This document shows, piece after piece, positions 17,906 to 27,300 of a stretch of DNA of 64,000 nt. The position numbers were made by a program, and so were the translations under genes. The notes under the pieces are model-generated. The model had not been told where the DNA came from. It did no database searches and saw nothing but the letters and a program-made list of their open reading frames with translations. The DNA comes from Bacteroidaceae bacterium (GTDB lineage Bacteria > Bacteroidota > Bacteroidia > Bacteroidales > Barnesiellaceae_A), in assembly GCA_017410245.1 (NCBI GenBank), contig JAFQRE010000043.1, positions 3,346-67,345 of the forward strand, in the 5' to 3' direction. The first letter of the stretch is position 1. Every line of letters starts with the position of its first letter.

Positions 17906-19045
17906 CTACTTCTCTACATCGAAACGATATATACAATTGGCTTCATAGGTCTCGCCGGGTCTCAACAGAGGCGATGGCCAATGTGCATAATTGGGACTAT
18001 TGGGATATTTCTGTGTCTCCAGCACCATGGCCGAACGATGATTGCACGCAACACCGCCCTTACCTATCACACTACCATTGAGGAAGTTACCCGAATAGAC
18101 TTGCAGACCGGGCTGGTCGGTATAAACCTCAAGCACAATGCCCGTAGCCTGAGAAACAAGTCGCGCAGCTACTTGCGACATGTCGCCTTGCGTGTCCAAC
18201 ACCCAATTGTGGTCGTAGCCCATACCATAGGCCAACTGTTCATCGACATTATCAATGCGCTCACCCACAGCAGTAGGTTGTCGGAAATCCATAGGCGTAC
18301 CCTCTACACTAAGTATCTCACCATTTGTCATTAAGGTCGAATCGACAGGGGTAAAACCCGAAGCATTGATATAGAAAAGGTAATCGGCATTGGACATCAA
18401 GGCATTACCATCAAGATTGAAATAGGCATGATTGGCCAAATTGATGATGGTGGTAGCATCGGTAGTAGCAGTATAGTTGATAGCTATGGCATTGTCGTGC
18501 GTGAGTGTATATGCAACCTTACAAGTGATATTGCCGGGGAAACCCTCTTCTCCATCGGCTGCCATATATTTCATTACCAAAGTACTATCGGTTGCACTCT
18601 CTACTTCAAACACCTGTGTTTGAAATCCATTGGGGCCTCCATGTAGGCAATGTCCATAGTTGTTTTGAGGCAACTGATACTCTACACCATCAATAGTAAT
18701 ACGACCGCGATCAATACGGTTGGCATATCGACCTACTGTTGCACCGAAATCGGAAGCAACATGAATATAGCCTTGTATTGAGTCGAAGCCTAAGACAACA
18801 TCACGCATAACGCCCTCACGATCGGGCACCATGACAGATACAATGCGAGCACCATGATTGGTGAAGCAAACCTCCATACCATTGGTATTGGTCAATGTAT
18901 AAAGGTCGGTCTCTACACCATTAACTACAGCCCGAAAGTTTTCACGCAACAATCCAGATCGCGTAGCATCGCTACCTTTCTCGGTACAAGCTGAGAGTAC
19001 AGATATTGCAAGTAGGAAATACAATAAAATTTTATTCTTTCGCAT
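17906..19045 (-). CDS. galM: aldose 1-epimerase (galactose mutarotase), lipoprotein-type signal
   Basis: LLAISVLSAC is a lipobox. GGPNGFQTQVFEV, NHAYFNL and HCLHGG-type motifs are mutarotase signatures. Confidence 0.85.
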   Translation of the reverse strand: MRKNKILLYFLLAISVLSACTEKGSDATRSGLLRENFRAVVNGVETDLYTLTNTNGMEVCFTNHGARIVSVMVPDREGVMRDVVLGFDSIQGYIHVASDFGATVGRYANRIDRGRITIDGVEYQLPQNNYGHCLHGGPNGFQTQVFEVESATDSTLVMKYMAADGEEGFPGNITCKVAYTLTHDNAIAINYTATTDATTIINLANHAYFNLDGNALMSNADYLFYINASGFTPVDSTLMTNGEILSVEGTPMDFRQPTAVGERIDNVDEQLAYGMGYDHNWVLDTQGDMSQVAARLVSQATGIVLEVYTDQPGLQVYSGNFLNGSVIGKGGVACNHRSAMVLETQKYPNSPNYAHWPSPLLRPGETYEANCIYRFDVEK

Positions 19046-19069
19046 GGCAAACTTATTTAATGTTACTTA

Positions 19070-20983
19070 TTATTGAGCCACAGCCTCAAAAGGAGTAGCT
19101 GCAAGACCGGCACTATTGTATAGGTTAGCATCATCGGGATTATCGGCCCAAGCATACCTTACACTTACAGGCTTTGACACCTTATCGCATGACACTACAA
19201 CACGATTGGTACCATCGAGTTGAGCTTTGGCATAGTGATACACCCCATCGGCTCCGGCTACGGCAAAGCCACACAGATAGCCATAGCGGCCATGTATCTG
19301 CAAGCCTTCGGCCACATTGTTAAATGTAACAATCAACTTATTATCTTGTGCAACAACTTGCTTGCACATGGGGCTGAGGTGATATACTTGCGACATACCA
19401 TAATCGTTGTGCAAGGCATGACGAGCCAATCGAGCACCAACGTCTTGCTTGTTGCGAGGGTGAATATCATTAGCCTCACCAAGGTCTATGATAACAGCTT
19501 GTCCGGTACAAGGCAATGCGAGAGTCGCAGTCTGAGCATCACGCAGACGAGCCCAATCACTCTCTGCCGGCACCTCAACAGGTTGCATAAAGTTGGCCAA
19601 CTGCACCCAATAGAAGGGGAAATCACGTCCCCAACGTGCACGCCAATCGTTTATCATAGCCGGGAAGAGGTCATAATATTGCATGGCACGATTGGTGTTA
19701 TTGCAACCTTGATACCATATAACACCACGCATCGACAAGCCCACCAAAGGATTGATCATGGCATTGAAGAGTAGCGAAGGGAATGAATTGGGGCCTACAT
19801 TGGTATAGCTATATTCGGCATTAGAGACCGACACTTTATATTTCCAATCGCCATGCAACGGAATGCGTCGTCCATCAATCATTATATACATATCGCCGGC
19901 GTTACCCCAAATGCCACCGCCACTGCCACCATCGGTAACTTTTACCACAATTTCATTTTCGGCAGCGAGAGCCTCTGCAGGAACTATATAGGTGCGCACA
20001 ACATTGTATCCGTGAGTTTCGCCTATATATGTTCCGTTTACCCATGTTTTGTCAGAGTCGTCGATACATGCCAATGAGAGTATAGCATCTTTACCAAGCA
20101 ACTCTTGAGGGAGAGAGAACTGGTATGTCATCCATACTACGCCATCGAGATTGGCCAATTCGTCATTACTCCACTCGCGAGGAGCATAGTGAGTATTCCA
20201 CGCACTACGGTCGGCGGTCTTATACCATTGCTCACGCTCACCACTATCATTGTGTATGGCTTGCTCAAATGCTTTATATTGGGCTTGACTATTGGCAATA
20301 AAGCTTTCGAGACCATCAGATTGCATGAGAGAGAGTTGTTCGTTGAATTGGGGGAATTTCTCAATAGACTCAAGGCTCATCCATGTCTCAATATCTGTTC
20401 CACCCCACGAAGAATTGATAAATCCAACGGGAATACCGGTTTGGGTGTGAACATTGAGTGCAAAGAAATATGCAACAGCCGAGAAGTCGTGCGCTGTTGC
20501 CGGCGAGCATACTTGCCATGCACCATTGAGATTGTCTTGGGGGGTATAATTCATGGCTTGAACCACATTGAACGAACGCATCATGGGATAATCGGCATTG
20601 GCCACCTCTACATCGGCATTACGTACGTCTCTCAAGCGCCATTCCATGTTTGATTGTCCACTACACAACCACACTTCGCCTACAAGCACATCGCTATATT
20701 CAATAGTCTCTTTGCCCGACTTTACCTTCATTACATAAGGTCCACCGGCCGCAAATTCAGGCAGATTGGCTTCCCAGCGACCACTCTTATCGGCTCGGGT
20801 CGATACTCGCTTACCGTCCAATTCCACAACAACACGTTTACCGGGATTAGCCTCGCCCCACACTTTGATGGGCATGTCACGTTGCAATACCATGTGATCG
20901 CCAAAGAACGATGGCATACGCAACTGAGCCATGGCTACTATGCCACAGCATAAAGCTACAACTAAAAACAAATTTTTTTTCAT
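19070..20983 (-). CDS. sialate O-acetylesterase family protein (SGNH-type carbohydrate esterase)
   Basis: Start is at MKKNLFLVVALCC (ATG 20983). MPSFFGDHMVLQRDMPIKVWGEANPG and VWLCSGQSNMEW (GQSN catalytic Ser block) match the family. Confidence 0.85.
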   Translation of the reverse strand: MKKNLFLVVALCCGIVAMAQLRMPSFFGDHMVLQRDMPIKVWGEANPGKRVVVELDGKRVSTRADKSGRWEANLPEFAAGGPYVMKVKSGKETIEYSDVLVGEVWLCSGQSNMEWRLRDVRNADVEVANADYPMMRSFNVVQAMNYTPQDNLNGAWQVCSPATAHDFSAVAYFFALNVHTQTGIPVGFINSSWGGTDIETWMSLESIEKFPQFNEQLSLMQSDGLESFIANSQAQYKAFEQAIHNDSGEREQWYKTADRSAWNTHYAPREWSNDELANLDGVVWMTYQFSLPQELLGKDAILSLACIDDSDKTWVNGTYIGETHGYNVVRTYIVPAEALAAENEIVVKVTDGGSGGGIWGNAGDMYIMIDGRRIPLHGDWKYKVSVSNAEYSYTNVGPNSFPSLLFNAMINPLVGLSMRGVIWYQGCNNTNRAMQYYDLFPAMINDWRARWGRDFPFYWVQLANFMQPVEVPAESDWARLRDAQTATLALPCTGQAVIIDLGEANDIHPRNKQDVGARLARHALHNDYGMSQVYHLSPMCKQVVAQDNKLIVTFNNVAEGLQIHGRYGYLCGFAVAGADGVYHYAKAQLDGTNRVVVSCDKVSKPVSVRYAWADNPDDANLYNSAGLAATPFEAVAQ

Positions 20984-21062
20984 GACGATTATGTGTTTTT
21001 TTGAAATTATTATTCTACTCAACAGAGATGAGAGAATATTCTCTTTTTTACCTTACAGCATG

Positions 21063-21070
21063 CAAATTTA
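21063..21070 (-). promoter_or_regulatory. putative -7 promoter box for the esterase-galM unit
   Basis: The minus strand reads TAAATTTG, 80 nt upstream of ATG 20983. Confidence 0.4.
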
Positions 21071-21182
21071 ATGATTATAAAATATTTTATCAATTGCTAA
21101 CTATAAAAAAAATAGTTTCTGTTACAAATTGAATATGAAATCAAGGGAAATAGATGCAATAGAAGAATATCAGCGACAAGTC

Positions 21183-21226
21183 ATAAAAAAAACCAAGCGG
21201 TGAGGAAATCACCTCACCGCTTGGTT
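21183..21226 (-). terminator. rho-independent terminator of efp
   Basis: A 15-bp stem: AACCAAGCGGTGAGG (21191-21205) pairs with CCTCACCGCTTGGTT (21212-21226). The plus-strand A8 run at 21184-21191 is the U-tract on the minus strand. Confidence 0.85.
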
Positions 21227-21249
21227 CTATATTACTTATTACATATCTA

Positions 21250-21813
21250 TTATTTTACGCGCTCAAGGTAATCGCCCGAACGAGTATCGATGCGTACTTT
21301 ATCGCCTGTATTGATGAAGAGGGGAACACGCACCTCAGCACCTGTCTCAACTGTAGCAGGTTTCAATGTATTGGTAGCAGTATCGCCTTTGATACCAGGC
21401 TCGGTATAGGTCACTTCGAGAACTACGTTGAGAGGCATCTCGCAAGTAAGGATTGTATCAGAAGCAGCGTGTACCATAGCCTCACAGATATCACCCTCTT
21501 TCAAGAATTTCACACCCTCGATGCTCTCGCCGGGGATAGATACTTGCTCGTAAGTCTCGGTGTGCATGAAGTTGTAGCCCATATCATCTTTGTAGAGATA
21601 TTGGTAAGGACGACGCTCTATGCGAACTTCCTCTACCTTTACACCCGAGTTCCAAGTCTTATCGAGGATACGACCTGTAACAACATTACGAAGTTTGGTA
21701 CGCACGAAAGCCGGACCTTTACCGGGCTTTACATGGAGAAATTCTACAATGAAGTAGTATGTACCATCGATATCGAGGCACATGCCATTTTTAAAATCTG
21801 CAGTAGTTGCCAT
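21250..21813 (-). CDS. efp: elongation factor P
   Basis: [44 protein letters not shown] is the canonical EF-P N-terminus with the KPGKG loop. Confidence 0.95.
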   Translation of the reverse strand: MATTADFKNGMCLDIDGTYYFIVEFLHVKPGKGPAFVRTKLRNVVTGRILDKTWNSGVKVEEVRIERRPYQYLYKDDMGYNFMHTETYEQVSIPGESIEGVKFLKEGDICEAMVHAASDTILTCEMPLNVVLEVTYTEPGIKGDTATNTLKPATVETGAEVRVPLFINTGDKVRIDTRSGDYLERVK

Positions 21814-21872
21814 AGGAATTATTTTTTTGTTTTAAAATTTACTTTTATTCTGTATGTCTCATTAAAGACGTG

Positions 21873-21880
21873 CAAAGGTA
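21873..21880 (-). promoter_or_regulatory. putative -7 promoter box for efp
   Basis: The minus strand reads TACCTTTG, 60 nt upstream of ATG 21813. Confidence 0.45.
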
Positions 21881-21954
21881 AAAAAAATTGCAATATCATG
21901 CAACAGCACAACGACAAACAGCACAAAAAGATGCCATTTCATCGGCAAAAAATT

Positions 21955-23199
21955 CTATCTTTTCAGGAGCATATCAATGAGCATCATCATGGCTCGCTGT
22001 GTTGAACGCTCAATAATATAGCTACGTGAGCCACCAAAGTGAGCACATTCTACGCAACTGCTATCGCCACAACGCACTGCTATCCACACAGTACCCACCG
22101 GCTTTTCTATCGAGCCTCCATCTGGGCCGGCTATACCGGAAGTTGCAATGGCACAATCGACACCTAAAACTTGTTGCACCCCCTTTGCCATGTACTCTAC
22201 CACCGGTTGGCTCACAGCTCCATGTTGTTGCAACAACTGAGCCGGCACTTGTAGTTGATGCTCTTTCACTTCATTACTATAGGCAACAATAGCACCTTTG
22301 AAGTAGGTCGAGCTACCGGCTATGGAGGTTATCTCGTGCGCAATATTTCCGCCCGTACAACTCTCGGCAGTGGCGATAGAGAGATTTCTCTCTTTCAATA
22401 TCTTACCCAATGCTCCGGCCAATGTTGTATCTTCATCGCAAAAAATATCATCGCGCAAGATTTCATGAAGTTTTTGTACCATTTCATCGAGAGTTTTCGA
22501 CAGCTTAGCCTCGTCACAACCACGCGCGGTAAGACGCAAACGCACTACGCCCGGTATGGGTAAGTAGGCCAATTTGACATTTTGAGGCAATGATGCTTCA
22601 AACGAAATGAGACGCTCTGAAAGCCCCGATTCGGTATTACGGAACACCATGAGAGTGCGATGCAATATAGCATCATGATCGCCATAATGACTACGCAAAC
22701 GAGGCAACACCTCACCCTTCATGGCCACACGCATTTCGTGCGGAACACCGGGCATGGCAACAAGTACCTTTTCATTGCGTTCAAACCACATAATCGGAGC
22801 AGTTCCCACCGGATTGGGGATAACAGTACATACATCGGGAACTTCGGCTTGTCGGCGAGTAGATACGTTCATCTGTAACCCACGTCCTGCAAAATAGCGA
22901 AGGTTTTGTTCATAGACCGATTCATCGAAAATCATTTTACCGCCAAAGTAACGACACAACACATCTTTGGTTACATCGTCCGAAGTAGGTCCAAGTCCAC
23001 CGGTCATCAGCACAACATCTACACGCGAAAATGCCGATGAAATGGCACTATTTATATCATTTGCCTCATCGCTGATTGTGGCTATATGTGTTACCTCCCA
23101 GCCCTGCTTATTGAGTTCGGCAGCTATCCACGCCGAGTTGGTATCAACAACTTGCCCAATGAGCAACTCATCACCTATAACTATAATTTCGGTTTTCAT
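21955..23199 (-). CDS. cinA: CinA family protein (MoCF-binding domain plus nicotinamide-nucleotide amidohydrolase PncC domain)
   Basis: The N-terminus is MKTEIIVIGDELLIGQVVDTNSAWIA. The C-terminal block is ATAESCTGGNIAHEITSIAGSS, the CinA/PncC signature. Confidence 0.9.
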   Translation of the reverse strand: MKTEIIVIGDELLIGQVVDTNSAWIAAELNKQGWEVTHIATISDEANDINSAISSAFSRVDVVLMTGGLGPTSDDVTKDVLCRYFGGKMIFDESVYEQNLRYFAGRGLQMNVSTRRQAEVPDVCTVIPNPVGTAPIMWFERNEKVLVAMPGVPHEMRVAMKGEVLPRLRSHYGDHDAILHRTLMVFRNTESGLSERLISFEASLPQNVKLAYLPIPGVVRLRLTARGCDEAKLSKTLDEMVQKLHEILRDDIFCDEDTTLAGALGKILKERNLSIATAESCTGGNIAHEITSIAGSSTYFKGAIVAYSNEVKEHQLQVPAQLLQQHGAVSQPVVEYMAKGVQQVLGVDCAIATSGIAGPDGGSIEKPVGTVWIAVRCGDSSCVECAHFGGSRSYIIERSTQRAMMMLIDMLLKR

Positions 23200-23214
23200 A
23201 ATCAGCAGTTTTTT

Positions 23215-24234
23215 TTACAATTCGACACGAGCAAAAGGAGCCTTGCTGATGTCACAAAAATCGTTATCCTTATACTTATAATATCCCGTAATAGCTACCA
23301 TGGCAGCATTGTCGGTGGTGAAGGAGAGTCGAGGCAAATGTATAGTCCACCCATACTTCTGAGCATATTGTTCAAAAGCCGCACGCACTGCCGAGTTGGC
23401 CGACACACCGCCTGCCACAGCAACCTCTTTAATACCGGTTTGCTTCACAGCTTTATACAACTTATCCATCAGTATTGCCACGATGGTTGATTGCAACGAA
23501 GCACACAAGTCGCACTTATTTTTTTCGATGAATTGGGCATCTTCTTTCAGTTTATCCCTCAACAGATACAAGAAGGAGGTCTTGAGTCCGCTGAAGCTAT
23601 AGTCCAACCCCGGGATATGAGGTTTATTCAACACAAAGGCTTTAGGATTTCCCTCACGCGCCAATCGATCGATTACCGGACCTCCGGGATACGGCAGCCC
23701 CATCACTTTGGCACACTTATCAAAGGCCTCACCCGCTGCATCATCGATGGTCTGTCCTATCACCTCCATTTGATTGTAAGATGTTACTTTGATAATCTGC
23801 GAGTTACCACCCGAAACAAGCAGACACAAGAACGGGAACTTAGGTGGATTGAACTCAGCATCGGGTTGCTGAATAAAATGTGCCAACACGTGCGCCTGCA
23901 AGTGATTGACATCGACCATGGGTATGTTGAGTGCCGAAGCCAGTCCCTTGGCAAACGATGTACCCACAAGCAACGACCCCATCAAGCCCGGACCTCGGGT
24001 AAATGCAATAGCATCAATCTCACTCTTATCAATTCCGGCACGTTTAATAGCCTCCGATACCACAGGCACTATATTTTGTTGGTGTGCGCGCGATGCAAGT
24101 TCGGGGACAACACCTCCATAAGCCTCATGCACAGCTTGCCCGGCTATAACATTTGACAATAGCACGCCATCTCTTATCACTGCCGACGATGTATCATCGC
24201 ACGACGATTCTATTCCTAATATTGTTACACTCAT
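23215..24234 (-). CDS. tsaD: tRNA N6-adenosine threonylcarbamoyltransferase TsaD
   Basis: ILGIESSCDDTSSAVI, AYGGVVPELASRAH and VAVAGGVSANS match the Kae1/TsaD family. Confidence 0.95.
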   Translation of the reverse strand: MSVTILGIESSCDDTSSAVIRDGVLLSNVIAGQAVHEAYGGVVPELASRAHQQNIVPVVSEAIKRAGIDKSEIDAIAFTRGPGLMGSLLVGTSFAKGLASALNIPMVDVNHLQAHVLAHFIQQPDAEFNPPKFPFLCLLVSGGNSQIIKVTSYNQMEVIGQTIDDAAGEAFDKCAKVMGLPYPGGPVIDRLAREGNPKAFVLNKPHIPGLDYSFSGLKTSFLYLLRDKLKEDAQFIEKNKCDLCASLQSTIVAILMDKLYKAVKQTGIKEVAVAGGVSANSAVRAAFEQYAQKYGWTIHLPRLSFTTDNAAMVAITGYYKYKDNDFCDISKAPFARVEL

Positions 24235-24281
24235 ATTTTACATAAATTTGGTTCGCAAAAGAACGAACTTATTTAGATATG

Positions 24282-24289
24282 CAAAAATA
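24282..24289 (-). promoter_or_regulatory. putative -7 promoter box for tsaD-cinA
   Basis: The minus strand reads TATTTTTG, 48 nt upstream of ATG 24234. Confidence 0.45.
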
Positions 24290-24353
24290 GATATTTTATA
24301 CGAAGTATAAAAGATTTGGCCTATGCAATAAGTGCTTTATACCAAAAAATATC

Positions 24354-24361
24354 TAACTTTG
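24354..24361 (+). promoter_or_regulatory. putative -7 promoter box for tamB
   Basis: TAACTTTG lies 16 nt upstream of ATG 24377. A second plus-strand box, TAAATTTG, sits at 24243-24250. Confidence 0.4.
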
Positions 24362-24376
24362 TACGCTTATACTATA

Positions 24377-27300
24377 ATGAGAAAGTACTTTAGGATAATA
24401 AAACGCATTGTGCAAATAACACTTATGACGCTCGTAGCGTTGTATGTGTTTATATATCTTATTGTTTCACTCCCATCGGTACAAGACACTTTGCGATCAA
24501 AAGCCGAAGGCTTATTGTATGAGACACTCGAAGTTCCTCTCACTATTTCACGCATCGAATTTTCGCCATTCAATCGCATCGAATTGTTCAATGTGACCAT
24601 TCCCGACCAACAAGGAGACACCCTATTGTTTGCTAAAAAGATAGGTGTAGGCATTGCTTTAGACGAACTTATATTGCACAAGCGCATTTGTCTCTACAAC
24701 ATTCAACTCTTTGGACTCGATGCCAATATCTATAGGGAGACTACAAGCAGCGAAACAAACTTGCAATTTATTATCGATGCATTTACACCCCAAGAGAAGA
24801 GAGAACCTCGTCCTATCGACTTGCGCATCAACTCGGCGCTGATACGTCGCAGCAAGTTGTCATATAATGTTACATCTGAGCCATATTTAGCTCCGCAATC
24901 ATTTGACGCCAACCACATCAATATTGAAGATATAAGTGCAACAATCAATATAAGAGCATTCAACAAAGACACCATCAATGCACATATCAAGCGTTTGTCT
25001 TGCAGGGAGCAGTCGGGATTGGCTATCAAAAGGCTATCATTGCAAGTACAAGCCAACCGCGACCACGCTACACTATCCAACTTTGCATTACAACTGCCCA
25101 ATACATCTATAACGCCACAAATTAAGGTCGATTACTCTCAGGTTTACAGTTCAGCGTCTATACCCGATAGTGCTATCATCGCCTTGGATATTGACGACTC
25201 CTACATCACACTATCCGATATAGCAGCATTGGTGCCATCACTACAACACTTCGACACTCCACTGTTCCTATCGTGTCACATGCAAGGCTGCATCAACGAC
25301 TTTTCGGCATCGGATATAAGGGTTGCCCTGGGAGCAGACGAGGCTATAGAACTATATACATCTATTTCGGCACAAAACATACTCCGCAAAGATTCTACAC
25401 ATATAGAGTGTAATCCGATACGACTACACAGCCAGAAGCATGGTGCTACAATTTTGGGGACCAACCTCAACTTGCAGAATGACAATATTATGAAGATATT
25501 GTCTAAAACAGGTGATATAAACCTCAACAGTCGCATCTCAGGCTCATTGTCATCACTCATAGCTCATGCCTCTCTATACAGCGGATTGGGCGACCTTCAA
25601 GCTGACGCAACAATCTCGTGCGACTCGACTTTATCTTATCTCAAGGGTAAAATATTCCTTGCAAGCGATGGTATAGACCTATCGACCATATTGGGCAAAG
25701 AGAGCATAGCCGATATGATTGCTTTTAGTGCCGATATTATGGGCGAAATGCAAAATGGGCAACTGAGAAATGGGCGTATCGATGGACAGATAGACCGGCT
25801 CGACTTCAACAACTACTCCTACAGCGACATCGCATTGAAAGCCTTGGCAAATAATGGCAAGTACAAAGGCAAACTCTCTATCTCCGACCCCAATGGAGAG
25901 ATTAACCTATCGGGCGAAGCCGAAAATACACATCGTAACACATCGGCTCATATCGACTTGAGTTGCAAGGAACTGGACCTTGCAGCACTCAACCTATTGC
26001 CTCAAGCCGCAGGAAATAAATTATCATTCAACCTCGATGCCAGGTTGGCAGGGAAACACATAGATACAACCGACGGAGAGATATATGTTGACAACCTACA
26101 CTATGGCAATAGTACCGAGAACTTTACACTTAAGGATATTACCATCGAGGCCACACACAGTTCTCAGCCCAATCAATTGTCGATAAAATCGGACTATCTG
26201 AATGGTGACATAGAGGGTACATATACAATATCTACCCTACCGAAAACATTTGGTAACATCATTGCCCGGTTGTTGCCTTCATTGGTACCGGCACACAAAG
26301 AAACAGAGAAATCAGAACTCACTACCTACAACAATTTCGACTGGCACTTCAATATCACCCCTCACATCAAGATGGCTCAAATATTGAAGTTACCCTTCAC
26401 CCTTACCGATACAGCACAGATTGATGGTTTCTTCATCGACTCTATACAACAAGCCCAACTCAACATTTTGGCACCTAACGTATGGATTGGGCTGACACAC
26501 TTAGAGGACTTGTCTGTCAATCTCAAGCACCAAGACAACCAACTCGATGCAAATGCTTTTACCAACCTTCTCAATGCCAAAAAAGAGGCCACATCATGGG
26601 CTATGGCAGGAGTTGCCAAAGACGACAATGTAGGCATAACTATTGATTGGGACAACAACCGACTACCCAAGTACAATGGTAAGATAAAACTCGACACCCG
26701 ATTGTCTCGCAACGAAACAAACAAGTCGCTTGCCATTGATGTAGATATACGCCCCACACAATTTGCCATTAACGACACTATATGGGACATCAAACCGGCA
26801 TCTATACTGGTAGAAGACAAAAACATTGCTGTCAATCACATCGACATCTCACGTCCGGGACAACACCTATATATCAATGGTGTAGTATCGCAGAATGCCC
26901 AAGATACACTTCACGTAGACTTGCAAGACATCAATCTCGACTACATCTTCAAGACACTCAATATCGATTTTGTGACCTTTGGAGGTAATGCCTCAGGTCG
27001 CGTCGATGTTGCCAATCTCTATGGAGAAGATCCCTATATATGTACTCGCAAACTTGATATTAACGATTTCTCATACAACCAGACAGTATTGGGCGACTTG
27101 TCGGTACTCAGTATGCTCGACTTGAGCGATATGGGGATCCTTATCAAAGGTATCATCAACAACCACAACAACCAAGAGAGCTATGTCGATGGCTACATAT
27201 ATCCCACACAAGACTCCATCTCAATAGCATTCGATGTAGAACGCATTCCATTGAAATTTATCCGTCCATTCATCAATACTATACTTATCGATGCCGAAGG

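Noticed and set aside
17717-18334. 205-aa plus-strand ORF after dedA.
   Set aside because: It crosses the dedA/galM bidirectional terminator and is antisense to galM. It has no recognisable motifs.
20971-20983. A8/T8 homopolymer right after the esterase start codon, considered as a possible slipped-strand phase-variation tract.
   Set aside because: It simply encodes the Lys-Lys-Asn of an MKKN signal-peptide start, common in Bacteroidota. The tract is short, and I have no evidence of length heterogeneity from a single sequence.
21135-21203. 22-codon ORF (MKSREIDAIEEYQRQVIKKTKR) between the esterase gene and efp.
   Set aside because: It has no promoter box or evident ribosome-binding context. 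Its 3' end is simply the efp terminator hairpin, so it is most likely fortuitous.
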